64,000 nt of DNA from Mobula birostris. Lineage: Eukaryota. This document shows positions 1-10,516 of the stretch, in pieces (position 1 is the stretch's first letter; the number at the start of each line of letters is the position of its first letter). The stretch lies in assembly GCF_030028105.1 (NCBI RefSeq), contig NC_092379.1:71126008-71190007 (forward strand). Reading direction: 5' to 3'. The position numbers and the translations under genes were made by a program. The notes under the pieces are model-generated. The model was not told where the DNA came from, made no database searches, and was given only the letters and a program-made list of their open reading frames with translations.

Positions 1-199
1 ATCAAGCTTAGTGATAATTGTCTGTTTCTATTTGCTCCTTGGACTTCTGACTAAGTAACTTTGCTTGCCTTAAATTCAAGGAGCAATGAGAAAAGTTCAT
101 AGGATCTGTGCTGGAGTGAAAAATTGGGAATCAATAAACCAGCACAGACTGGGATCTAACCAGGGCTTTCACTGGCCTGGATAACTGATAACTTACGTA

Positions 200-760
200 G
201 TTTGAAAGACTATCTTAGAACAAGTAATTACAGGCCAGTTAGTCTAATGTCAGCGGTAGAGAAATTCATGGAAAGCATTCCAATGTGCAGGATGAATCTG
301 TACTTGGAGAGCCATGGATCAATCAGGGATAGTCAGAACAGATTTGTTAGTGGGAAATCCTATCTGACTAATTGAATTGTGTTTCTTGAAGGTCAATAAG
401 TTGATGAAGTCATTGGAGCATGTGGTTTACATGCACAGTCCCACATGAAGGGCTGGTTCAAAACATTAGCGCTCTTGGAATCTAGGTTATAATAATAGCT
501 GATTGGCACTGAAGGTGTTAGTGGATGTCTACTTTTGTGATTAGAAGCTTGTGACCAGTGGTTTAATACAGGGATTAGCGCTGGGACTACTACTCTCCGT
601 TTAATGGGTATGTCAGAAATATGTAGATGACATAAGGATTGTTGGTGGTGTTGAAAGTGAGGTGAATGGTTGTAAGCTATAGAATGATATCGATCAGCTG
701 GTAAGATGAGCAAAGCAATGGTAGATGGAATTTAACCCTAAACAATGTGAGGTGATGCGT
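200..760 (+). mobile_element. Old, decayed CR1-type LINE RT fragment
   Basis: Remnants such as aattacaggccagttagtctaatgtc (NYRPVSL), cagaacagatttgttagtgggaaatcc (QHGF..GKS-like) and gtgaccagtgg (VTSG); many stops. Boundaries approximate. Confidence 0.7.
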
Positions 761-859
761 GGAACACACACACAATGAATCTCAGGACTCCAGAGTGTAC
801 TGAGGAACAGGGGGACCCAGGTGAGGAAACCAAGGATCCCTTAATGTGACGGCACTGGT

Positions 860-3080
860 GGGCAGCTGGTTTACAAACCGAGGCAGTGTGTACTGAGGCT
901 GCTAGCAAGGACAGGCTGATGGCAGGGCAAAACTGCAGGATGAGTTGCAATGTAAAAGGGGGGCAAAATCAAAAAGGGTGATGAATGCAGGACTGAAGAT
1001 GATGTATTTGAATGTGTGCAGTATACAGAAGAAGTGAGATGAACTTGTAGTAAAATTAGAGATTAGCAGGTATGACATTATGGGCATCACTAAGTTGTGG
1101 CTGAGAAAAGATTATAGCTGGGAGCTTAACATCCAAGGATACACACTGTTTTGAAAGGATGGTCAGGTAGGCAGAGGGGACAGGGTGGTTATTTTGGTTA
1201 AAAAAATGAAATTAAGTCCTTAGAAAGAGGATTGGAAGATGTAGAATCCTCGTGAACAGAGCTAAGAAACTGCAGGGGTAAAAGCACCCTGAATGGAGTA
1301 CTAAAGGCAGTATGACAGAACCGCGGCCGACAAGGGAAGTCAGAGCCAACATAAAAGTCCAAGTGAGGGCAAAAATTAGTGGTAAGTTAGAGGATTGGGA
1401 AACTTTTAAAAACCACCAGAAGGCAACTAAAAAAGCCATAAAGAGTGTAAAGATGGAATATGAAGGTAAGCTAGCAAATAATATTAAAGAGGATAACAAA
1501 AGTTTCTTCAGATATATAAGTAAGAGAGAGCCGAAAGTAGATATTAGCTGGAAAATGATACTGGAGAGGTAGTCATGGGGTGCAAGGAAATGGCAGATGG
1601 ATGGAAAAATTATCTTGCATCAGTCTTCTCTGTGGAAGACACGAGCAGTATGCTGGAAGTTCGAGTGTGTCAGGGGACAGAAGTGAGGGAAGTTCCCATT
1701 ACTCGAGAGAAGGTACCTGGGAAACTGAAAGGTCTGAAGGTAGATAAGTCACTTGGACCAGATGGTCTACACCACAGGGTTTTGAAGAGGTAGCTGAAGA
1801 AATCATGGAGGCATTAGTAATGATCTTTCAAGATTCAGTAAATTTTGGCAAGGTTCCAGAAGACTGGAAAATTGCAAAGTGGAATTCCACTCTCCAAGAA
1901 GGGAGGGAGGCAAAAGAAAGGAAATTATAGGCCAGTTAGCCTGACCTCATTGGTTGGGAAGAAGTTGATTGATAAGGATGTGATTTCGGGGTACTTGGAG
2001 GCACCTGGTAAAAAAGGAAAGATATGAGATTGACTCGAGAATTGGCTGATTGGCAGGAGGCAAAGAATGGGAATAAAGGGAGAATCTTCCCTTTGGCTGT
2101 CAGTAACTAGTGGTGTTCTACAGGGGTCTGTTGGGACCACTTCTTTTTATGTTATATGTCAATGATTTGGATGATGGAATTGATGGCTTTGTGGACAAGT
2201 TTGCCAATGATATGAAGTAGTGTTGAGGGAGCGGGGAGGCTACAGAATGACTTAGACAGATTAGGAGAATGGGCAAAGACGTGGCAGATGGAATACAGTG
2301 TCAGCAAGTGTATGGTTATGCACTTTGGTAGAAAAAATAAAAGTGTAGACTATTTTCTAAATGGAGAGAAAATTCAAAACTCTAACTTGGGAGGCCTCAT
2401 GCAGGATTCTCTGAAGGTTAATTTATAGTTTGAGTCTGTGGTGAGAAAGGTAAATGAAATTTCTAGAAGACCAGAATATAAAAGCAAGCATGTAACTTTG
2501 AGGCTTTATAAGGCTCTGGTAAAGCCTCACGTGGAGTACTGTGAGCAGTTTTGGGCCCTTTATCTAAGAAAGGATGCGCTGACATTGGAGAAGGCCCAGA
2601 GGAGATTCACAAGAATGACTCTGGGAGCAAAAAGGTTACCACATGAGGACCAATTGTTGGCTCTGGGCTGATACACTGGAATTCAGAAGGATAATGGTTG
2701 GGGCAGAGGCGGGGGCGGAATCTCATTGGAACCTATCGAACGCTGGAAGGTTAGATGTGGAGAGGATGCTTCCTGTGGTGGGGGAGTCTCGGACCATAGG
2801 GCACGGAGACATCCATTTAGAATGGAGATGTGGAGGAATTTCTTTAGCCAGAGGGTGGTGAATCTGAGGAATTCATTGCCACAGGTGGCTGTGGAGGCCA
2901 TGTCATTGGTAGAGGTTAAGGCAGAGGTTAATAGATTCTTGATTAGTCAGGGCATGAAGGGATACAGGGAAAAGTCAGGAGATTAGGGCTGAGAGGGAAA
3001 TGGATCAGCCACGATGAAATGGTGGAGCAGATTTGATGGGCCAAATGGCCTCACTCTGCTCCTATATCTAATGGTCTTAT
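860..3080 (+). mobile_element. HER1/CR1 LINE, internally deleted and frameshifted ORF2 with 3' end
   Basis: ORF pieces KSLGPDGLHHRVLK, GNYRPVSLTS, LYKALVKPHVEYCEQFW, RNFFSQRVVNL; ends in CR1-type tail ...ctaatggtcttat. Confidence 0.9.
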
Positions 3081-3555
3081 AATGTTGTTTGGTATGGCAT
3101 TCATACTTCTAATTGAAGTGTGGCCCAGGAGGGGCAAATGCGAGCCTGTCTGTTTGGGAGCCGGGGTTGGGTCGATCTTTGCCTACATCTCGCCCACAGG
3201 CGTTCCAACATGGGTGGTCCTGAGATGGCATCGCCTAATGGAGTCCTTGATCCACACGAGCCTCCACACAATGTCAACGTGCTGATCCAGGTCATGGAGC
3301 GCCAGAGAGCTTGCAGAAGGACATTACCTGAGATTAATGGTTTTATTTATCAGGACAGGTTGTGAGGGTTGATATGTTTACCCTGAACCGAAGGGGTCTG
3401 AGGTTGATAGATGAAGCCAGGCGGGTGAGAAAGGTGGCTGGCAAAACAGGGTAGAGAGCAAGGAACATTTCCTTACGGCAGAGGTGCAGGCATATAGGTT
3501 TAATAGTCGGGGGGAAGGAATTTCTGTAGGGGATATTAGAATGAATATGGAATAA

Positions 3556-5045
3556 CATACACAAAATGCTGGGGAACTCAGCAGCCTAGGCAGCAACTAT
3601 GGAAATGAATAAACTGTCGATATTTTGGGCCAAGGCCCTTCTTTAAGAATGGAAATGATGGGGGAAGACACCAGAGTAAAAAGGTGGGGGGGGGGGAAGG
3701 AGGATAGCTGGAATGTGATAGGTGAAGCCAGGTGGGTGGGAAGGGTAAAGGGCTGGAGAAGAAAGAATCTGATAGGAGAGTGGACCATGGGAGAAAAGGA
3801 AGGTGGGGCATCACGGGTAGGTGAGGAGAAGATATAAGAGGCCAGAGTGGGGAATAAAAAAGGAGGGGAGGAGGAAGAAAAACTTTCTGGATGAACAAAT
3901 TGATGTTGATGCCATGCCATCAGGTTGGAGGCTACCTGGATAGAATAGGAGGTGTTGCTCCTCCACCCTGATAGTAGCCGCATCGTAGCAAGAGGAAGTG
4001 CTCTTGGGCTGACAGGAATTAAAACACTTGTCTGCCGAGAAATTCTGCTTTTGGGGGATGGAGCGGAGGTGCTTGAGAAAGCTGCCTCCCAATTTACGTC
4101 GGGTTTCACCAATGTAAGAGGAGGTAAAGATATTTTTGGTGGTAGGATCCTGTTGAGGTTGGTGGAAGTTGCAGAGAATGATGTGTTAGATGCAGAGGCT
4201 CAAGGGGTGGTGGGCAGGACAAGAGGAACTCTATCCGTTAGGGAGGTGGGAAGATGGGGTGAGCATGGATGTCCAGGAAATGGAGGAGATGCAGGTAAGG
4301 GTAGCATCAGTGGTGGAGGAAGGGACACCTTATTATTTGAAGGAGGAGGACATCTCTGAGCTCCTGAAAAGGAAAGCCTCATGCTGGGAATAGATGTGGC
4401 AGAGATGGAGGAACTAAGAAAAGGGAATAGCAGTTTTACAAGAAACAGGGTGGGAAGAAAGTGTAGTTAAGGTAACTGTGGGAGTCAGTAGGCTTATAAA
4501 AGATGTCGGTAGACAGATTGGTTTCAGAGATAGAGACAGGGAGATCAAGAAAGGGGAGGGAGGTGTCAGAAATGGACCAAGTGAATTTAAGGGCAGAGTG
4601 GAAGCTGGAGGTGAAGTTGATGAAATTGATGAGCTCATCGTGGGTGTATGAAGCAGCAGTAAAGCAGTCATCGACACAGCACAGGAAGAATTGAGAGTCA
4701 TTACCAGGGAAGGCTTGCAATGTGCACTGTTCCACGTAGTCAACAAAGAGACAGGCATAGCTGGGGCCCATGAGGGTGCTTAAGCCTACCGTGAGTTTGG
4801 AGAAAGTAGAAAGAGCTATACAAGAAACTGTTGAGGGTAGGACCAGTCATGCCAAACAGAGATGGGAGGTGGAGGGGAATTGGTTGGATCTTTTGTGGAG
4901 GAAGAAGTCGGGAGCTTTAAGGCCTGCTTGATGGGGGTTGGAAGTGTATAGGGACTGGGCATCCATGGAGAAAATTAGGCGATCAGGGCCAGGGAATTGA
5001 AAGTTGTGGAGATGGAAAGCATATGAAGTATCGTGGATGTGGAAG
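3556..5045 (-). mobile_element. Penelope-like retroelement (RT C-terminal part, GIY-YIG remnant, 3' pLTR)
   Basis: Minus ORF 4436..4771 MGPSYACLFV...DDC...LKFTWSISDTSLPFLDL...TDIFYKPTDSHSYL is typical PLE reverse transcriptase; VEEQHLLF..GSLQPDGM is the GIY-YIG C-terminus; terminal repeat acacaaaatgctgg..gaactcagc at 3556. Confidence 0.85.
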
Positions 5046-5210
5046 CCTCTCGGCTCAGTCCCTTTCCCCGAAGGCCAGCTGGAATCTGGAATGAACTATC
5101 TCAGGGGTGCTGGAAGCAGAGCATCACAACATTTAAGCAGCATGCAGATGAAGACTTGAATCACCAAGATATATAGAAGGCTGTGGACTAAGTGCTGGTA
5201 AATGGGATTA

Positions 5211-5248
5211 GTGTCCTGATGAAGGGTCTCACCCCGAAACATTGACTC
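5211..5248 (+). ncRNA. Minimal type I hammerhead ribozyme motif (Penelope pLTR), CpG-decayed
   Basis: gtgtc CTGATGA a gggtctcacccc GAAAC att gactc. Both core boxes are intact. The expected ACGTCG is ACATTG, i.e. two CpG transitions. Confidence 0.55.
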
Positions 5249-5536
5249 TTTTCCATAGATGCTACCTGCTCTGCTGAGTTCCTCCAGTATTGTGTGTGTG
5301 TCGCTTTGGACTTTCCTTGTGTTTTAGATGGATAATTTGGCTGGTATGACAGAGGGGGCAGAAAGTCCTATTTCTGTGTTCTATGACTCCGTAGGTATGA
5401 TGGCCTGGATGCTCTGTGTTCGGTGTTGAGCTTGAATCATGGCTCTGCTGTGTTTGAAATGAATTCATCTGATGTGTCAGTTCTTTCCTGGGCTGGCTTT
5501 GCCTAATTTTTTACTGATGGTTTCTGTCTGTTGCAG

Positions 5537-5614
5537 AAAGCAGAAAATCGACCTACCTTCAGTTTGCTGCTCAGTAACATCCAGGAGCTGGTGGAAGACG
5601 ACAGCCAGATATGA
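5537..5614 (+). CDS. BTK: Terminal coding exon of Bruton tyrosine kinase (Tec family); upstream exons outside the window
   Basis: Acceptor ttgcag|AAA, phase 0, KAENRPTFSLLLSNIQELVEDDSQI*. Resembles human BTK last exon [23 protein letters not shown]. Lies immediately upstream of TIMM8A on the same strand, as in human. Confidence 0.88.
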   Translation, partial: KAENRPTFSLLLSNIQELVEDDSQI

Positions 5615-5807
5615 GTAGTCCGACCACAGTTGGTCTGACTGCAGAGAAACCTTTGTTTAACCCTTTGCAACCATTTTGCACGGTGATACAAGACAGCAAC
5701 GTTTAAAAACTCACAGTCTACTTCTATGAACAGAGTTTTGAGCACAAAGGCATTGCCACACACAAAGTACACGCGCACCCTCACTCAAAAGCACAAGCAT
5801 TGAGCAA

Positions 5808-5813
5808 AATAAA
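5808..5813 (+). terminator. Candidate BTK polyadenylation signal
   Basis: AATAAA about 195 nt after the stop codon, followed by GT/T-rich sequence. Confidence 0.5.
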
Positions 5814-6065
5814 TCCTCAGTTCTATTTAAAAAGGCAAGCACTGTGTCATTAATATTGTTTCATGTGTGGCTGGAATGCAGGAGGCTCGGATTCCCACCT
5901 CCTGGAGATGGGAAGCATCCCAGGAGCACAGGTCCAGCCAGGGAAAGATTGCTAACATTTGAGGGATCCAAGGATTGGAGAGGGTTGGGAACATGGGATA
6001 AATGTGGAATCAAAGTTCAAACTACATTTATTATCAAAGTATGTATAAACTATACAACCTTGAGG

Positions 6066-6585
6066 ACAGGGAGGGTGCGAGGAGAGGGGGAGGGCGAGGA
6101 GAGGGGGAGAGCGCGAGGAGAGGGGGAGGGCGAGGAGAGGGGGAGGACGCGAGGAGAGGGGGAGGACGCGAGGAGAGGGGAGGGGCCGAGGAGAGGGTGT
6201 GGGCGAAGAGAGGGTGTGGGCTAGGAGAGGGGGAGGGGGTGGGTGAGGAGAGGGGGAGGGGTGGGCGAGGAAAAGGGAGGGGGTGGGCGAGGAGAGGGGA
6301 GGGGGTGGGCGAGGAGAGCGGGGAGAGGGCAAGGAGATGGGGAGAGAGGGTAGAGGGTGAGGAGAGGGGGAGAGGGTGAGGAGGGGAGAGGGGGGAGAGG
6401 GGGAGGGCGAGGAGAGGGGAGGGGGTGGGCGACGAGAGCGGGGAGGGGGCGAGGAGATGGGGAGAGGGTGAGGAGGGGGAGGGTGAGGAGAGGGGGAAGG
6501 CGAGAGGGTGAGGAGAGGGGAGAGGGTGAGGAGGGGGAGAGGGGGGAGAGGGTGAGGAGGGGGGAGGGCAAGGAGAGGGGGTGGA
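6066..6585 (+). repeat. Purine-rich low-complexity tract (GGAGAGGGGGAGGGCGA-like units)
   Basis: About 520 bp, almost entirely G/A on the + strand, with degenerate short units. Confidence 0.95.
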
Positions 6586-6599
6586 TGAAAATGATATAA

Positions 6600-9550
6600 A
6601 TGATGGAAGTGGGACAAGGCAGGCTCAATAGGACCGTAAGTGTTGATGGCAGGTTTTGAAAGAAACAATAATCGGCAGTGAACATTATGTAGAATAGGAA
6701 TGGAAATAGTGATAGATCAGGAAGGAATGCTGTAAAGGCTGATTGGGGAAAATTTAAAGAAATAAATTACAGAATATTGAAATCAATCAGGATGTGGATC
6801 TTTTGTGACAAGATTGGAGAAGGGATAATGACAGTGGCAACAATAAATGTACCAAGGAAATGGAATAGAGTTGAGAAAATGGTGCCATGGTTGACAAAAG
6901 AATGCGGGGAAGCAATAAGACATTGTAATAGAGCATTTAGAATGTTAAACAGCACACACAATTTTCAAAAATTAATTGAGTATAAAAAGATGCTAGCAAT
7001 AGTAAGGAAGACAATTTGAAAGGTGAAACAGGAATACTGGGGGAAGTTTTGGGAATCTGTAGGAATATAAGTACCCATTGAAGGAGTTTGAAAGATGATA
7101 AAAAGAATGAACGGGATCACCAGGAAAAGTGGATACTCAGTGTGATGTGATGGGGAGAGAGCTGCAGTATCGAACGTTGAGAAAGCAGAAATGCTCATGT
7201 AAACTTTAGTTAAAATACAGTTCTGACAATATGAGTAATGAAGGAAAAGCAGAAGAGAGGAAACATTACTAGAGAACTTGCAAGCATTAAGTAAGTAAGC
7301 ATTAAAGATGGACAGAAATTTTGAGGGTGCATTAAACATGATGTTCACCATGACAGAATTGAAGAGTGTTCTTGGGAAGGCAAAGAAAACATTCCTCGGG
7401 AAGGATCATATATGTTATGTTATCTAATTTGAGTGAGAAAGGCAAAGAAGTTATTTTAAAATTATTTCATTATGTATGGGGAAAAAGGAAATTGTTCTAA
7501 AGCATGAAAAGAAGCAATCATAGTTCCAATATGTAAACCAGGCAAAAATCCTAACAATCCAGCAAGTTATAGGCCAATAACGTTCACCTCACAGACTGAT
7601 ATATTACATTGAAACAAGATGGAGTATTTTTAAATATCAGAGTGGGCTTAAGAAGAGGAACCACAGATCCAGTTTTATGTCCAGCACATGAGGTGAGGAG
7701 GGCTCAATTGAACAGAGAAAGCATAGTAGCATTCTTTTTTTGATGTAGAGAAGCATATGATGTGATGTGGAAGGAAACTTTGATCATTAAATTATGTAAA
7801 TTGGGAATTAGAGGTTGAAAGCTAAATTTGATAGAAAGATTTTTCAATTGTTGCGAGTAGGGAAATCTATGTCAAGTAAAGAAATTGAGGAAAATGGAAC
7901 CCCTCAGGAAAGTATTATTTATCCATTATTTGCTATAATAGTAAATGATATATTTCCTAATCTAAATAGTAGTATCAGAGTATCACTATTTTTGGATGAA
8001 GGAACGATGTGGAAGAGTGGGGAGGGTATGTGGAATTTATAACATATATTTGAGAGTCAACAGTTAAGGTGGAAGATTGGGCATGAAAATGGGAATTCAG
8101 ATTTTCAGCTGAGAAATCTAAAATAATGTTTTTCACAAGGAAGATGATAGAACAACACTTGAAACTAAAATCTTTTGCAATAGAATTAGAAAGTGTGGAT
8201 ACCTTTAAATTTTCATGAATTTGGGTTGATAAAAGAATCACATTAAGGAAATAACAACCAGAAGTAAGAACGTGTTAAATGTTGTGGAAATAATAACCAG
8301 AAGTGAGAACGTGTTAAATGTTGTGAGGTGTTTAATAGGAAAGAGAAATTAATATGATCAATACTGGACTATGGAAGTATGGTATATAGATCAGCAACAC
8401 ACTGTGTGTTTAATAAACTGGATATAATTCAAAGTCAAGCATTAAGGTTAATCTGTGGGGCAGTAAGGACAACATACCAGTGGTGGCGATGCAGGTGGAG
8501 TTGGGAGACACCTCTGGAACCGAGAAGAAGACAGCTTGTGTTAACATATTGGGTAAACTTATAAGGGCATGGAGAAAATCATCCAACGAAACAGCTTTTA
8601 GATCCATGCTGGGAAAAGGAAAGAATGGAAATCAGAAGTTTTGCATGGACTATTGACGGACAAGCAGAAAGGACAGGGATTAGTAATAAGGCAGTGAATG
8701 CTACAGTGCCTTTTTCCTGGGTGCCTCCATGGCTGTGTGAAGCACCAGAAGTAGATCTTAAATTATTCAAATTGAGACAGAAAAATAGAGAAGTGATTTA
8801 ACTCAATATATAGCTGAATCTTACGTAAAGAATGATTATGGATATTTACCAATATACATAGGTATCTCAAAAACGGTAATAGTAGATTAGGGATGGATTG
8901 GTCGTGTCTGATTTTGACATGAAAAAGCAGGTCAGGATAAATGATGAATTCTCAGCGTATACAGGTGAAATGACAGCTGGACTATTCCCTTTGCAGTGGG
9001 TGGAGGAAGTGAGGCCGATGTGTCTTGTAATATTGTCTGATTGAAGCACAACAATCAGAAATCTAAGATTTACATCCAGAGACAAGACAAGACCAGACAT
9101 TATGTGCCAGATAACACCAGCTTTATTTAGAATTAAATGATGGGGCTCTGTGTATGTTTTATGTGGACTCCAGCACACGTGGGAATGTGTAAATGGATAA
9201 ATTAGTAAAGGAGTCAACCAGACCGGCAGGAGTGGACAATCAAATAAATTACAGTAAAAGAGAAATTAAAAACATTTTAAAAGCGAAATAATATAATAAT
9301 AATAAAAAATGTGGCGAAAATAACAGAAAACTGGAAGATATCTTTATAATATCCAGAACGAAGTGGGAATGCAGGAAAGAACAGGAGGGAGAAGGTGATC
9401 ATATCGAGATTGAGGTTTGGGCACACAGGGTTAAATGGTACATTTTTAATGAAGAAACACGATAATGGGAGGTGTAAATATTATAATTAGCAAGAAATTG
9501 TTGAGTATGTACTGCTGCGGTCTCCGAGATAAAATCAAGAGAGATATTTT
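6600..9550 (+). mobile_element. Decayed I-group (Nimb-like) LINE with RT, RNase H and C-terminal Cys/His region
   Basis: Fragments VPWLTKEC..AIR, PICKPGKNPNNPASYRPITFTS, FDVEK.YD, NGTPQESII, RNase H-like SAYTGEMTA..LQW and WTPAHVG, and C-terminal RLRFGHTGLN..GRC; many stops and frameshifts. Confidence 0.7.
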
Positions 9551-9659
9551 ATCAGAACCTGATGAAGACTCTGGGTCCGAAATCGACTGTTTATCCGCTT
9601 CTGCAGTTGCTGCCGGACACGGAAAGTTCTTCCAGCATTAATCTGTGAGCGTCCAGTAC

Positions 9660-9817
9660 CTTGTGCCCACGCATTGGAGCCAGCGTGCGAACTGGGGGCT
9701 GCCATGTTGAGGTCAGCGGGCTGTTTCCGGTTCCGGGTGACGGGCGGCTGAAGGTCGGCTCACCGGCGTGGTGGAAACTCGGCCTCGGAGCTGGTGGTCG
9801 GAGGGCGGATCTGCGTA
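9660..9817 (+). promoter_or_regulatory. CpG-rich TIMM8A promoter/5'UTR
   Basis: Locally high CpG. Reverse CCAAT (ATTGG 9673-9677), YY1-like GCCATGTTG (9701-9709), tandem ETS/GABP-like TTCCGGTTCCGG (9725-9736). Confidence 0.65.
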
Positions 9818-9928
9818 ATGGAAGCCACGGGTCTGTCGGCAGACCCGCACCTGCAGCAGTTCATCGAGGTGGAGAGTCAGAAGCAGAAGTTCCAGCAGCT
9901 GGTGCATGGGCTGACTGAGCTGTGCTGG
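9818..9928 (+). CDS. TIMM8A: TIMM8A exon 1 (mitochondrial import inner membrane translocase subunit Tim8 A)
   Basis: [37 protein letters not shown] then donor gtaact, phase 0. Confidence 0.97.
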
Positions 9929-10159
9929 GTAACTAGTGTTAACTCATCGGAATTCGCACCTCACTTGTGGTGATCGGGGCTGGATACGAGTGCCCTACTT
10001 ACTAAACCAGCGCCTAACTAGTAATAGCAGGGGCTGCGTAATTAATACTAACACCAGCACGAGTTCCTAACTCGTGGTGTCTGGGGCTGGGTTACTGAGG
10101 CTCCTCTTTCTGGAGCTGGAGTCTACCTGAAGGTGACCAGGTTTGAGAGACTGGACGCA

Positions 10160-10420
10160 GACTGCGAGTGATGCTAGTCCCTCTGCCTCGTCACAGCTTC
10201 AGAGACCGGGGTTCCGTCCTGGCAGCTTCAGTTTCCATCCACATTTCAATGATGTGAAGCTTGGTAGTTTAATTGTCCCTATTGTGAGTGAGTAGGAGAT
10301 GGTAGTGGGGGGAGGGGTAGATTAATGTGGGGAGTGAAAACAGGAGCAGTAGGGTCAAATCAAGTTTCTCCATGATGCAGCATAGGCAATGGGCTAAATG
10401 GCCTTGCATGTTACATAGGT
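10160..10420 (+). mobile_element. tRNA-derived SINE remnant (V-SINE-like)
   Basis: Head cctcgtcacagcttcagagaccggggttcc; body ccatccacatttcaatgatgtg..taattgtccc; LINE-like tail atgggctaaatggcct. Confidence 0.5.
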
Positions 10421-10516
10421 GTGAAGAAGAGCCCCACCTCAGTACCACCCATACTGTCAGCAAATCCTAGTCCTGTGGTCAATGGCCTAGGTGTCACAAT
10501 TATTGGGTTGGGGACC

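Noticed and set aside
5952-6685. Pro/Ser-rich and Gly/Arg/Glu-rich ORFs
   Set aside because: Translations of the low-complexity GA tract.
8248-8325. 39-bp direct duplication
   Set aside because: Local slippage inside a dead LINE; no sign of function.
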